Assembly (NCBI GenBank): GCA_046759445.1
Contig: JBHICG010000013.1
Coordinates: 1-63,034, forward strand
Source: Candidatus Scalinduaceae bacterium
GTDB taxonomy: Bacteria > Planctomycetota > Brocadiia > Brocadiales > Scalinduaceae
Length of the DNA stretch: 63,034 nt
Reading direction: 5' to 3'
The position numbers were made by a program, and so were the translations under genes. The notes under the pieces are model-generated. The model had not been told where the DNA came from. It was given only the letters and a program-made list of their open reading frames with translations, and did no database searches. Below are positions 38,461-49,128 of this stretch, piece after piece. Within the stretch, counting starts at the first letter, position 1; the number at the start of each line of letters is the position of its first letter.

Positions 38461-39426
38461 ATGACGAATTTAAACAAGGTTTCATTAGTAAAATGTACAA
38501 GTTATTCTAAAGAAGAAGTAAGTGATGCGATAGACAGGACTTTTTCTTTTTTCGGTGGGATTGAGAGCATTATTCAAAAAGGATCAAGGGTTCTCCTGAA
38601 ACCAAATTTCTTAAAGGAAAGTAGTCCTAGAAAATGTGTGATTACGCACCCAATTATAATAGAAACGGTAGCAGAAAAGATCCTCGAAGCGGGCGCAACA
38701 CCCGTCATAGGAGATAGCCCTGCCTTTGGTTCTATGAAAAAAATAACCAGACGCATAGGACTGGATAAGTTTGCCGAAAAGATGGGTATCGATATCATTG
38801 AACTGGATAAACCCCGAAAGGTATCTGTCAATTGTGGAGGCAAGGAGTTTTCTCTAACTGTTTCAGGCAAGGCTCTGGATATTGATGCTATAATAAATCT
38901 TCCTAAATTAAAGGCTCATGTCCAATTACTCTTCACAGCAGGTGTCAAAAACTTGTATGGGTGTGTTAGCGGCAAAAGAAAGGTATGGAGACATTTAAAG
39001 GCAAAAAACAATCTGGACTGGTATACGGATATGTTAATTGCCAATTACCAGTTGGTTAAACCAACATTCACCATTCTTGACAGTGTTATGGCAATGGAAA
39101 AGAAAGGTCCCACGGGAGGTTTGCCCAAAGAGGTCTCACTAATTATGGGTGGAATAGATGGTATTGCAATAGATAGAGTTGTCGCAGAACTACTTTCAGT
39201 CAATCCAGAAAAGGTTCCAATACTCAAAGCCGCAAAAAGATTACAAGTAGGCGAGCAGGATTTATCAAAGATAGAAATAGCCGGTGAAGACTTATCTTCT
39301 GTTAAACCTCATAATTTTATCCTTCCGGAACTGTCACCGATAGGCTTTGATATCTTCCGAGTCATAAAGAGCGTTATCAAACACCTGTGGCTGAAGTCTA
39401 TTGGCAAACCAGAGCCGCAAACATAA
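38461..39426 (+). CDS. DUF362 domain protein
   Basis: VLLKPNFL, THP, GDSP, INLPKLKAH, GVKNLYG, MEKKGPTGG. Confidence 0.9.
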   Translation: MTNLNKVSLVKCTSYSKEEVSDAIDRTFSFFGGIESIIQKGSRVLLKPNFLKESSPRKCVITHPIIIETVAEKILEAGATPVIGDSPAFGSMKKITRRIGLDKFAEKMGIDIIELDKPRKVSVNCGGKEFSLTVSGKALDIDAIINLPKLKAHVQLLFTAGVKNLYGCVSGKRKVWRHLKAKNNLDWYTDMLIANYQLVKPTFTILDSVMAMEKKGPTGGLPKEVSLIMGGIDGIAIDRVVAELLSVNPEKVPILKAAKRLQVGEQDLSKIEIAGEDLSSVKPHNFILPELSPIGFDIFRVIKSVIKHLWLKSIGKPEPQT

Positions 39427-39481
39427 TATTTTCATATTAAAACTTCATGTCACTAAGTGGCGCTACGAAGGATGAAAATTT

Positions 39482-39675
39482 TAGATTCCCGTTGGAATTT
39501 ATCCTCACGAAAGTGGGGACGGGAATGACAGACATATGAAATTGCAGGAATAATATAAAATGTAACAATCTGTCATTCCCGAGGAGTCAGCCTGCATGGC
39601 TAGTAAAACAGGGAATCTAGTTTCGGGTCAAAATCTTCTCATCCCCCTTTTGACAAAGAGGGAAAAAGGGGAATT
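39482..39675. repeat. GTCATTCC-type REP pair with cargo in the loops, plus CCCCC..GGGG REP
   Basis: AGATTCCCGT..ACGGGAATGACA (39482-39530). TGTCATTCCCGAGG..AAACAGGGAATCTAG (39571-39620). CCCCCTTTTGACAAAGAGGGAAAAAGGGG. Confidence 0.7.
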
Positions 39676-39742
39676 ATATTTTCGTTTTCTTTCGGATCAA
39701 TTTGTCAATGTGAACATTTTATAAACTTATTATTAGCAAAAA

Positions 39743-40459
39743 ATGGTCAGGGTTGCAGTTGCACAAATAAAGGTTGTAAAAGATGTGGAAAATAATCTGC
39801 AGCAAATATTAAAATTTATAGATAAGGCATCAAATAAACGGGCTGACATTGTATGTTTTCCAGAAACATGCCTGAGTTCAGATAGCGAAAATGTCTTAGA
39901 TATATCAAACCAGATTGAGGAAATCTGTGAAAAATGTTGTAATGAATCTATTTATTGTATTTTTGGCACGTATATAAGGAAACGTAATAAGATATATAAC
40001 ACAGCCTTCCTGATAGATAGCTCTGGAAGTGTTTTATATAAATACAAGAAAGTCAATCTATGGAAGTCTGAATTGAAAAATGTATCACCCGGAAAAATAA
40101 ATAAGGTAGTCGAAACAGATTTTGGAAAGATTGGCATAATTACCTGTTGGGACTTTGCCTTTCCTGAGTTCGTAAAAAGCCTATCCAAAAAAGGCGCAAA
40201 GATTATCTTCTGCCCATCATACCTGGTTGACTATGAGAGAGACAAAGAACTTTTGAGAAATATTCCACTGGTGAGGGCATTTGAAAATATGTCTTACTTT
40301 ATTTCTTGCGATGCCTTTACGGATAAGACACTCTCTGAGAGTTACATCTGCCATCCATTACGGACATTAAAGGCAATTAAAAAGAGAGAAGGAATTATGT
40401 TTGAAGACTTAAACGTAAAAGAGATTGATTCCCTAAGAAAGTACTATGACCTTCTATAG
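39743..40459 (+). CDS. Carbon-nitrogen hydrolase (nitrilase superfamily)
   Basis: E-K-C triad: FPE, YKKVNL, TCWDFAFPE. Confidence 0.92.
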   Translation: MVRVAVAQIKVVKDVENNLQQILKFIDKASNKRADIVCFPETCLSSDSENVLDISNQIEEICEKCCNESIYCIFGTYIRKRNKIYNTAFLIDSSGSVLYKYKKVNLWKSELKNVSPGKINKVVETDFGKIGIITCWDFAFPEFVKSLSKKGAKIIFCPSYLVDYERDKELLRNIPLVRAFENMSYFISCDAFTDKTLSESYICHPLRTLKAIKKREGIMFEDLNVKEIDSLRKYYDLL

Positions 40460-40642
40460 AATTATGGTCGCACACGAAAAGGAGTAAGTTCTCAACTTAT
40501 TGAGAACTTACATACAAAGGATATCGTATAAAATCTTTGAAGAGACTCTGGCTGAACTAAAGGAGACTTGAAAAAATTGGCTAGAATTGTAGTTTTTAAC
40601 TTGTATTTCTTAAATTAAAGACGCTCACAGGATTATGGCATA

Positions 40643-41209
40643 TTACATCCTACTTTCCTTTCCCCCCTTGCCTTTCTGAACAACGTATATTACTTTCTTT
40701 TGAATGCCAAACTTCAAAGCCTCCTTATGATTGGGAAACCATACATCAATATGATTCCCCTTTATTGCTCCACCTACATCCTCAGCCCTGAAAGTAGTGT
40801 TTGGGAATCCCTCTATCTTTAGCTTGCTTCCTAATTTTATTACCTTTCTATCTACGGCTACAGTTCCCCACCTTGCCCTGGTGCCTGTTGCAGTAATTCC
40901 ATACCACTTGTCTGAAGGGTCTTTATCACAACATTTTTTGCATGAGCAGTAAGCGGTTGCCGTAAACATCTCTGCCCTCAAATTATTCACATAAATCAAG
41001 TTTAACACAAATATCAATATTCCAATAGCAAACACATGTATCACACGGCTTATGCTAAACAACGCAAAAACCTTCATATTTATACTAAATTTCATTCTAT
41101 GCCTTCCTTTTTTTTGAAAATTATTTTTCATAATCTTATGATTACTTGGTTTGTCGATACAACCAAAAAAGATGTTTTGATCCTCTAGGTAAATAGTGTT
41201 TACGTACAC
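40643..41209 (-). CDS. 3D-domain protein (true start probably ~41096)
   Basis: TATAYC, GITATG, VAVD..VIKLG, AEDVGGAIKGNHIDVW. Confidence 0.88.
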   Translation of the reverse strand: MYVNTIYLEDQNIFFGCIDKPSNHKIMKNNFQKKGRHRMKFSINMKVFALFSISRVIHVFAIGILIFVLNLIYVNNLRAEMFTATAYCSCKKCCDKDPSDKWYGITATGTRARWGTVAVDRKVIKLGSKLKIEGFPNTTFRAEDVGGAIKGNHIDVWFPNHKEALKFGIQKKVIYVVQKGKGGKESRM

Positions 41210-41940
41210 ATACTGTTTAACACCAACTCAAGTCTTTTGGGTCTCTCTGTCATCTGTAGCTTTGTAGGAACCCTCTCCTTTCTCCCTAACATACTTTTCA
41301 TTACTGTTAATAAGAAGACTTTTAAATCCAGCATCCAGCACATCCTCTTTATATAACGCAAGTCATAATAGAGTTTTTTCTGAACGTCTGGAATAGTTTC
41401 ATCATATTTATGATAATACTGCGCCATACCTGCTATTCCTGGCTTCACAGATAAACGTTTGGTGTAACCGGGGATATTGTCTTTGAATTCACTTACAAAA
41501 AACGGTCTTTCCGGCCTTGGGCCAACAATACTCATCTCTCCTCTAATTACGTTAATAAGTTGTGGTAATTCATCCAGGTGTGTTCTTCTTAGAAATCTAC
41601 CAAAGGCGGTTGTCCGTGTGTCCTCTTTTCTAGCCCAGACGGGACCAGTTTGAGATTCTGCATTTATGCGCATTGTCCTGAATTTGATTATCTCGAATAA
41701 AAGACCATCCTTGCCTACCCTTTCCTGGGCGTAGAATACAGGTCCACGTGAGGTTAGTTTTATTATTATTCCTATTGCAAGAAAAACTGGTGAGGCGATC
41801 AATAAACCAACAATTGAAATAAAACAATCCAATAATGGTTTTAATTGTTGATATCCATTTTTTATTAAATGAATAGATAAGATTGAAGTTAACGTATGCG
41901 GTTGATAAACATTTACGACTTTTTGGTTGATTACGCTCAT
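41200..41940 (-). CDS. Polyprenyl glycosylphosphotransferase (bacterial sugar transferase)
   Basis: GPVFYAQERVG, KFRTM, DELPQLINV, GEMSIVGPRPERP, VKPGI. Confidence 0.92.
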   Translation of the reverse strand: MSVINQKVVNVYQPHTLTSILSIHLIKNGYQQLKPLLDCFISIVGLLIASPVFLAIGIIIKLTSRGPVFYAQERVGKDGLLFEIIKFRTMRINAESQTGPVWARKEDTRTTAFGRFLRRTHLDELPQLINVIRGEMSIVGPRPERPFFVSEFKDNIPGYTKRLSVKPGIAGMAQYYHKYDETIPDVQKKLYYDLRYIKRMCWMLDLKVFLLTVMKSMLGRKERVPTKLQMTERPKRLELVLNSMCT

Positions 41941-42576
41941 GACAACTTGATTTTCCTCCTTTATTAAATGAATCAGAAAACTGAGTTATAATTACATTGT
42001 TTTGATGATGGACTGTACACTTAAAACAATATTCATACCAAAAATAAGTTAATTGAATTTTAGAAGTAAATTGTGCTGTAAGTGCTTATAAATAAGTACT
42101 TTATAGTTTGGTATGATAATGATGGTGAGGGTTGAGGGATGCTTGTTTTAGCATGAGAAAAGTTTACTAAAATAAACAAAAATTTTGCAAAAAAACAAAT
42201 ATTTTAATGTAAGTATCTGCTTTACAAAGACTAAAAATATTTTAGTACTCCTTGACTCTTATTCAACAATAGTTGACAAAAAAGTTTTATCGGCAACCTC
42301 CTTTTCACATTATAAAGGATGTTACCGAAATACTGAAGAACTACACTTATGGCAGGCAAGCTAAGGATTGTGTATGGAAGGGGAGAAAGTGAAAATATCC
42401 TTGCAAAAATTTCTCTACTTACTTTATTTACAGTAGTAAGGTGAATGGTATTATGGTAACAATGTTAATTAGAATTTTTATTCTTTAAGTCATTATTACA
42501 AAATAGATATCCTATTATTTGCTTCTTATCCTGTTTTCCCACTTATGTGAGAATGACAAACTAGTATTTTATGTTT

Positions 42577-44367
42577 TTACTTCCTCTTGAACTGTTTTTC
42601 GAGTTCAGATATTTTGAATTCAAGGGTTGTTGGACGGCCATGAGGGCAAAAACCTGTAGCAGTATTATCCCTCTTTTTTTCTAAAAGCGCCTGGATTTCT
42701 TGAGGTGTTAATCTCTGGCCTGATTTTACTGCACCTTTACACGCCATTATCTTGACAATTTTTCTTAGAATGCTGTCCGCATTACGTTTAATTTCGTCAC
42801 TATCAATCTCTTCCAACAAGCTTTGTATAAGTTCACGAAAATCCAAGTTTTTTAATATTTGCGGATGTGTGCGAACGGCTATAGTACTCTTACCAAATTC
42901 TTCTATCTCTATCCCGAGTGTATTAAGTTCGCTTTTAAGACTCATAATGGCAAGGTAATCTCGAGGCACCAGTTCTACCAATTCTGGGATCAACATATTT
43001 TGTGTTACAAGCTTTGACGATTTGATTTGCTCCAATATCTCGTGGTAAAGGATAATCTCATGTAAGGCATGCTGGTCGATTATGTTTAATCCATCGGCCG
43101 CTTCTTCAATTATGTATGAGTTGTGTATCTGTAAGAAAGGAGTAGGTATCTTAATTCGTTCAGGATAATTTTCATCTTTTGAATGTGGGAAATAAACCTG
43201 CTTATGTTCATTTTTATGATAAGTATGCTTGTTCTCTGAGGATCTCGAAAAGAAATCCGACATAGACTTCATTACGGATTCCTGTTTTTCATGTGATATC
43301 GTTTCCTTGCTTTCCTTTGGTAAGTTTTCTGTGTTGGTGTGTATGGGCGGGCTTGTAGCTTTAAGTGAAGGATGAAACTCAGTCCTCGTAAGGGCAGTAT
43401 GTATTGTTGTATATACCTGATCGTGAATAAGTCCTGCATTTCTGAATCTAACCTCAATTTTCGTTGGATGCACATTAACATCCACTTCCTTACTATCAAC
43501 CTGAAGAAACAGGAAGACAATGGGTGACCTTTTTGTCATCAAAAGATTCGAGTAAGCGGCGTTTATGGCATGGAGAATTATGTTATCCCTGATATACCTT
43601 CCGTTGAGAAAGATAAACTGCATCTTTGTATTTGGGCGGTTATGTGTGGGTGGCAAAACGTATCCATATAAAGAAGCGTTAGGTTCTTTTGAATTTATGG
43701 TAATAAGATCTTTGCTCATCTCATTTCCAAAAATATTTACTATCCTTTCTTTTGTGTCCTTTGCAGGTGGAAAGTTTGAGACATTCTTTCCATTATGGAT
43801 TGTATTAAAATGGATATTTGGGTATGCAAGCGCAAATCTTGTAACCATTTCAGATATATGAGCCATTTCAGTATGTGTGCTCTTAAGGAACTTGCGTCTA
43901 ACAGGTGTATTGAAAAATAAATTGCGTACGTCAACCTGTGTGCCTTCAGGCGAACCTATTTCTTTAACCTTATGCAGGTTACATCCTTCGATTTGAATTT
44001 CTGCGCCTGCTAAGGCGCCTTTTGGGCGTGATATTATCCTTGCCTGGGAGACCGAACCTATACTTGGTAGAGCTTCTCCCCGAAACCCCAATGTTTTAAT
44101 TGAAAAAAGATCTTCATCGTTTTCTAATTTACTTGTAGAGTGACTTATAAAGGCTAATCCCATGTCATCTCTGTCCATTCCAATTCCATTATCAGAAACC
44201 TTTATAAGTTTTCTGCCACCATCCTCCAGTTGAATTTCTATATGCATTGCGCCAGCATCAATAGAATTTTCAATTAACTCTTTTAAAACAGAAGCAGGGC
44301 GCTCAATGACTTCTCCCGCAGCGATTTTATTTACAACATTTTGCGGTAATATTTTTATATTAGACAC
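42577..44367 (-). CDS. mutL: DNA mismatch repair endonuclease MutL
   Basis: IAAGEVIERPASVLKELIENSIDAGA, LGFRGEAL, DVNVHPTK, DQHALHE, CPHGRP. Confidence 0.97.
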   Translation of the reverse strand: MSNIKILPQNVVNKIAAGEVIERPASVLKELIENSIDAGAMHIEIQLEDGGRKLIKVSDNGIGMDRDDMGLAFISHSTSKLENDEDLFSIKTLGFRGEALPSIGSVSQARIISRPKGALAGAEIQIEGCNLHKVKEIGSPEGTQVDVRNLFFNTPVRRKFLKSTHTEMAHISEMVTRFALAYPNIHFNTIHNGKNVSNFPPAKDTKERIVNIFGNEMSKDLITINSKEPNASLYGYVLPPTHNRPNTKMQFIFLNGRYIRDNIILHAINAAYSNLLMTKRSPIVFLFLQVDSKEVDVNVHPTKIEVRFRNAGLIHDQVYTTIHTALTRTEFHPSLKATSPPIHTNTENLPKESKETISHEKQESVMKSMSDFFSRSSENKHTYHKNEHKQVYFPHSKDENYPERIKIPTPFLQIHNSYIIEEAADGLNIIDQHALHEIILYHEILEQIKSSKLVTQNMLIPELVELVPRDYLAIMSLKSELNTLGIEIEEFGKSTIAVRTHPQILKNLDFRELIQSLLEEIDSDEIKRNADSILRKIVKIMACKGAVKSGQRLTPQEIQALLEKKRDNTATGFCPHGRPTTLEFKISELEKQFKRK

Positions 44368-44876
44368 TTTACCTTTTCCCTGAGCTTCCTCAAGAAATCC
44401 TTATACCTTTCTCCCTTATAAGATACATGGATATCTCTTGACGTGGCGTTTATTATCGTAATCGTGATTTTTATAAACTCATCCGGCAGACATTCAATCA
44501 CCTTATCTGCCCATTCTATAATTGATATACCATCATTCCAAAAGTAATCGATACAGTCAATATCATACATTTCATTTGGTGATTCCATTCTGTATGCATC
44601 GAAATGATAAATTGGTAATCTTCCCATATATTGCTTTACCAACACATAGCTTGGACTTGTTACTACTTTCCTGTCCATTACACCCTGGCCTTCAGCAACT
44701 CCCTTTACCATATACGTCTTGCCTGCACCCAACTGACCTATAAGCGCTATTACGTCACCTGCTCCAAGAAGAGAGCCTATCACACGTCCGAGTTCTATTG
44801 TCTCTTCAACGTTATTAGTTTTAATATGGATTGGATTTCCCGTAATAAAGACTTTTGTTTTCCTTAAAATGTTCAT
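44355..44876 (-). CDS. tsaE: t6A biosynthesis ATPase
   Basis: GQLGAGKT, VTSPSYVL, YHFDAYR, IIEWA. Confidence 0.95.
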   Translation of the reverse strand: MNILRKTKVFITGNPIHIKTNNVEETIELGRVIGSLLGAGDVIALIGQLGAGKTYMVKGVAEGQGVMDRKVVTSPSYVLVKQYMGRLPIYHFDAYRMESPNEMYDIDCIDYFWNDGISIIEWADKVIECLPDEFIKITITIINATSRDIHVSYKGERYKDFLRKLREKVKCLI

Positions 44877-45780
44877 ACCCTTTGGGCTTTATTTTTTTCC
44901 GCTTACCATTGGAATTTTGTATAAACAAACCGATTGATTTTTTGATATGACCAATCTTAGATACACGTATTGGAAATGCCCTTGATTCTACCAACTTATC
45001 AGATTCCTTATTTGGAAGAGTAAAAAGCAATTCGTAATCTTCACCGTCATGAAGTGCGTGATGAAGTGTACTTAAACCTGTTTTGCGTGCCAACCTTCTT
45101 GCATCAGGAGATATTGGTATCTTATCCTCGTATAAAATTGCGCCAACCCTGCTTTCCTCAAGAATGTGATTCAAATCTGCTATTAAGCCATCACTTACGT
45201 CTATCATAGAATTTATATGGAATTTCTTATTTAGTATTAGACCTTCTCTTAGACGTGGTTTGAATGCAATATGTTTTCTTAATATCGAACCGCCAAGTGT
45301 TCCCGTTACCATAATAATATCACCTGCCCTCGCACCAGAGCGTGTCAAGGGTATTAATCCATCATTCTCACCAAATATCGCCACGTTTATGGCTAATATT
45401 TTTTTTCCGCTAACAATATCTCCCCCTACTATTTTAATATTATACTCATCAGCTTCTTTCTTCATTCCCATAAACAATTCCTTTGCAAACTTCGTTTTAA
45501 CATTATAATGAAAACATATTGATATTACAGCATATTTAGGAAAACAACCCATAGCGGCTATATCACTGACACTGCATGCTATTGATTTCCTCCCTATTTC
45601 CTTAGGTGTGTTTTTTTTTAGTTCAAAGTGAGTCCCTTCAATTAACATATCTGTTGTTACAAGGTACACTTTGTTATCATTAACTTTTATGGAAGAGCAA
45701 TCATCACCGATACCAATTGTAATGTTTTTGTCTTTTTTTTGCTGATTTCTTATCCATTTTATAAAAGCAAATTCGTCCAT
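44821..45780 (-). CDS. thiL: Thiamine-monophosphate kinase
   Basis: IGDDC, SDIAAMG, GGD, IDVSDGL, GEDYELLFT. Confidence 0.95.
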   Translation of the reverse strand: MDEFAFIKWIRNQQKKDKNITIGIGDDCSSIKVNDNKVYLVTTDMLIEGTHFELKKNTPKEIGRKSIACSVSDIAAMGCFPKYAVISICFHYNVKTKFAKELFMGMKKEADEYNIKIVGGDIVSGKKILAINVAIFGENDGLIPLTRSGARAGDIIMVTGTLGGSILRKHIAFKPRLREGLILNKKFHINSMIDVSDGLIADLNHILEESRVGAILYEDKIPISPDARRLARKTGLSTLHHALHDGEDYELLFTLPNKESDKLVESRAFPIRVSKIGHIKKSIGLFIQNSNGKRKKIKPKGYEHFKENKSLYYGKSNPY

Positions 45781-45902
45781 ATTTTGTAAAAATTATATTA
45801 TCTTTTTACTTAAAAACCAATATATTTTGTTGAAAAAGCACTTAATTTGGCCGATAATTAAAATAAACATTTGCAATTATAAATTTCTTTTTTAGGTAAA
45901 CC

Positions 45903-46751
45903 ATGAAAAAAGAAGAAGTTATTCGAGAATTTCAAAAAGACAGCTTGCAAAAACTCCCTGATAAAGACCTCCTTTTTCTTATCGAAAGTTATGTAACGAT
46001 ACGGAATGATTATGATAATATTGCAAATCTGGTAAGGGGAGATGAGGATATAATAGGCAAGATGATTGACAATGACAGGGTATTCGATAAGGTGATGAAT
46101 TGTACAGATCGCATTTTGGAGATATCTCCTTATTTCTTGTTTATGCTGTTTTTAAAACGAGCATTTAAGGAAAAAAGGAGAGATAGAGAATTTATTGAAA
46201 AGACTATAGAGGTATTAAACGGTACTGATCCTGCAACCCCCTGGAATAAGAAAAGGCTTTTAAGTTTGCTTGAAGATTCACAGGTCTCAAACTATATTGC
46301 AAATATACTGACACAATTCACCAAGAGTTCGAGATTGTTTAAGATAAGGGAAGCCGAAAAAGAGTCTTATCAATATATAGTGGACATGATTGCGGATTCA
46401 TTGCGATCGGATAATAATAGAAAATTTTACATTTACTGTCATATAGGGAATTACACGCTTTTCTTGACAGGGATGTTTCCAGAATATATTGAATACAGAT
46501 ATGAACGTAAACGTAGATCTGTTGATAAACAGTATTATATAGATTTTGGAAAGACATATTACGCATTGGCTTCTGAACATACCAATGTAAGGGGGAATAG
46601 GCTCTCTGGCACTTTATCATACCTGTCAGAGGGTTTTGAGGTTGTTGCGCAAGTTTTACATTTTATGAACGGGGAATACCTTTTTCCTAAAAAGGGTAAA
46701 TTTAAAGAAAAATCCGCCAATCATTTCGTGTCAGATGAAAATGAGAACTAA
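45903..46751 (+). CDS. Conserved-looking hypothetical protein (HIGNYTLFLTG motif)
   Basis: YIANILTQF, CHIGNYTLFLTGMFPE, YYIDFGKTYY, LSEGF. Overlaps the next gene. Confidence 0.75.
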   Translation: MKKEEVIREFQKDSLQKLPDKDLLFLIESYVTIRNDYDNIANLVRGDEDIIGKMIDNDRVFDKVMNCTDRILEISPYFLFMLFLKRAFKEKRRDREFIEKTIEVLNGTDPATPWNKKRLLSLLEDSQVSNYIANILTQFTKSSRLFKIREAEKESYQYIVDMIADSLRSDNNRKFYIYCHIGNYTLFLTGMFPEYIEYRYERKRRSVDKQYYIDFGKTYYALASEHTNVRGNRLSGTLSYLSEGFEVVAQVLHFMNGEYLFPKKGKFKEKSANHFVSDENEN

Positions 46752-47433
46752 GTGCTCTTTGCTTGAAGAATTACAGAGAAAGATAGAAAAGACGTATGCG
46801 CTAGACACAGGGATTACCAACATTTATCAATTTGTTATTGGTGACATAGGATATAGCAAATTTTATGCAAAAGAAGAAATCAAAACAGTCATCAATAATA
46901 ATTTTTCAGGATCACGTGTACTCATAAGGGATGTTGGACATAAACTTAGGTTAAGTATCTACTATCCAGATGGATTGATTAGGATATTGGAGAATAATGA
47001 TCCGAGGAAAAGCATTCATGATGATAATATTGATGCCTGTGCAAGCTTTGTGGAAGAACTGGATCATTTTTTATTTATAGCTCAGAATTTTAAAATGAAT
47101 CGTCCTTTTAGCCTTCTTGAATTGGAGTTACAGGCAAATGTAACTAAATACTTGGTACTAAAATATTTTATCGCACTACAAAACAAATCAATAAAGTTAA
47201 GTAATTTCGATAAAGAATACATAAGGTACCACCTCTTTTATAAACGTAAATATGATATTGAAAATGTTGCTGAGAGAAAAAGATACGAAGATGCAAGGAC
47301 ATTCGGCATGATGTATACTAAGCATATTGATCGACTCTCACACGAAGACCGCTTGCGTGATTTAAGGCAATTTTGTAGAATGACGTGTACATCTAAGATA
47401 AGACACATTCAGTCAACAAGAAATTCCATCTAA
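46735..47433 (+). CDS. Hypothetical protein with EExxH...LELELQA putative metal-binding motif
   Basis: VEELDHFLF, RPFSLLELELQANVTKY, ERKRYEDA, LRDLRQF. Confidence 0.75.
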   Translation: MKMRTKCSLLEELQRKIEKTYALDTGITNIYQFVIGDIGYSKFYAKEEIKTVINNNFSGSRVLIRDVGHKLRLSIYYPDGLIRILENNDPRKSIHDDNIDACASFVEELDHFLFIAQNFKMNRPFSLLELELQANVTKYLVLKYFIALQNKSIKLSNFDKEYIRYHLFYKRKYDIENVAERKRYEDARTFGMMYTKHIDRLSHEDRLRDLRQFCRMTCTSKIRHIQSTRNSI

Positions 47434-47469
47434 ATAGAATTCTGTAATTTAACCATTATTAGACCTCAA

Positions 47470-48396
47470 TTAAAACAGTAACCATCTGAAGCCAATATTA
47501 AAAGAGTAATCGATATCTAGTTGATTACCCTTTAAATCTTCATAAATTGGTTTTTGAAAAGATGCCTCGATTAAGTAATTTTTTGCCGGTATAAACTGAA
47601 TACCTGGTGATATAAAAATCGTATTCCTTCCAGAGTCGTCAATTCTCTTACTGTTCTGTTTATTCTTTTGGCTTAATTTGCCGTTAAACTCCAAAAACAA
47701 ATTTAAATGTTTTGCAGGATATGTTTCATATACTACAGGCAATAATCTGTATCCAAAGGCAATATCATAATTCAATGTATTGCCAAACTCAAAATTATTT
47801 GCCTCTGTTTTGAGAGTATAGATTAAATCAGCGTTTATCCCAAAACGCTTTTTAATGTGTGTAAATATAAGTCCCAGGGTATAATCATCGGAACCAGTAC
47901 CTAATTGCACAGGTGCTGGCAGCCTTACTCCAGCGCTTGTTTTTTCATCGTCTTCTCCTGTAGGAACCTTGACCTTTCCTAATACAGATACTCTCGTCGT
48001 CTGTAAGTGGGCGTCCCTCTGGAAAAACTGATACTTGCCAAAAAGGGTTAAGTCCCCAAACCCTGAGTCTGAGAAACTCTTTCTCTTCCCATTTATTAAA
48101 GTCTTTTTTTCTTTATCAAGGTAAGGGATAGAGGCTCCTACTACAAGCCTGTTTGGCAATAGCTCATAGGGAACGATAAGTGGAATAGAGATAATATTAA
48201 GTTCACCTCGTCCCCCCGGGAGAGAACCAAGTAGCCTCGTTGCCTTCCCAAAGCTCCGTACGGCGCCGCTTTCAAGACCAGTTACAAATGCCGTCTCAGT
48301 ATTGATTGGTGGGCCTTGAGCCTCTGCCTGATTGATAATGTTACTTCCTAAAAGAATGATGGCTAAGAAACATAAAGATATAACATATTTTTTCAT
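47470..48396 (-). CDS. Putative outer-membrane beta-barrel (MetA-pathway/transporter-like)
   Basis: Signal peptide. SGFGDL, VKVPTG, QLGTGSDD, ISPGIQF, C-terminal aromatic residue. Confidence 0.75.
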   Translation of the reverse strand: MKKYVISLCFLAIILLGSNIINQAEAQGPPINTETAFVTGLESGAVRSFGKATRLLGSLPGGRGELNIISIPLIVPYELLPNRLVVGASIPYLDKEKKTLINGKRKSFSDSGFGDLTLFGKYQFFQRDAHLQTTRVSVLGKVKVPTGEDDEKTSAGVRLPAPVQLGTGSDDYTLGLIFTHIKKRFGINADLIYTLKTEANNFEFGNTLNYDIAFGYRLLPVVYETYPAKHLNLFLEFNGKLSQKNKQNSKRIDDSGRNTIFISPGIQFIPAKNYLIEASFQKPIYEDLKGNQLDIDYSFNIGFRWLLF

Positions 48397-48464
48397 ATTA
48401 ATGCTACGTTTGTTGGAGGCCTAAAGACCTCCTCTACATAAAATGGAAATTCCATATTATTTAA

Positions 48465-48983
48465 TTATTCGATCTTATAATCCCTTATTTCCAAAACATA
48501 AGGATGTAGACCATGGCCTTTTATTCTCTCTTCTTGTACTAAACCAGTTATAGTAACAATCTTATCCTGAGTCTTTTCGGATGTTATTATCTCTTTAAGC
48601 ATTTCATTATATTTTAATATAAATCTATCATCGCCAATTTTTAAGTTCATTCTGCCACCAAATTCCTCTATCTTTCCCTTTAGTGTAACAAGCATTTCCC
48701 TGGGAGTAAATCCACCGTCCTTCACGGCCTTCTTTATTTCATCAACATCAATTGATTTACCTTCTTTTATCTTGAACTCAGCTAATCCAGCATTAACTAA
48801 TATCTTTAAATCTTCAACCGCTTCTATTCTTTTTAGCTTTTTCTCTAGATTATATGCGCAAAACGTGCATACAAGACCATCCAACTTGACCTGAACCTTA
48901 CCAGTTTCTCCTGATGCTAATCTAATGAATATCACCAGGATAAAAATAATAGGTACTAAGATTAAAAAGTTCTTTTTCCTCAT
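48465..48983 (-). CDS. Exported heavy-metal-associated (HMA) domain protein
   Basis: N-terminal hydrophobic segment, then LDGLVCTFCA (GxxCxxC) and AVKDGGF, with an extra C-terminal beta domain. Confidence 0.85.
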   Translation of the reverse strand: MRKKNFLILVPIIFILVIFIRLASGETGKVQVKLDGLVCTFCAYNLEKKLKRIEAVEDLKILVNAGLAEFKIKEGKSIDVDEIKKAVKDGGFTPREMLVTLKGKIEEFGGRMNLKIGDDRFILKYNEMLKEIITSEKTQDKIVTITGLVQEERIKGHGLHPYVLEIRDYKIE

Positions 48984-49057
48984 TTTAGATTACCTCCTTC
49001 CTTTTCTTGTCTCTTTGTATTATTAATATTGCGGCTGCAAAATCATATTTTTTGTGC

Positions 49058-49128
49058 GCAAGCCCCGTAGAATTAACAATATTTAAATCTTCGAGCAATT
49101 ATATAAGTTATTATTCAACGGGGCAAGC
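49058..49128. mobile_element. CCCCGT-TIR mini-MITE flanked by GCAAGC direct repeat
   Basis: GCAAGCCCCGTAGAAT ... TTATTCAACGGGGCAAGC. Same termini as 50202-50299. Confidence 0.7.
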
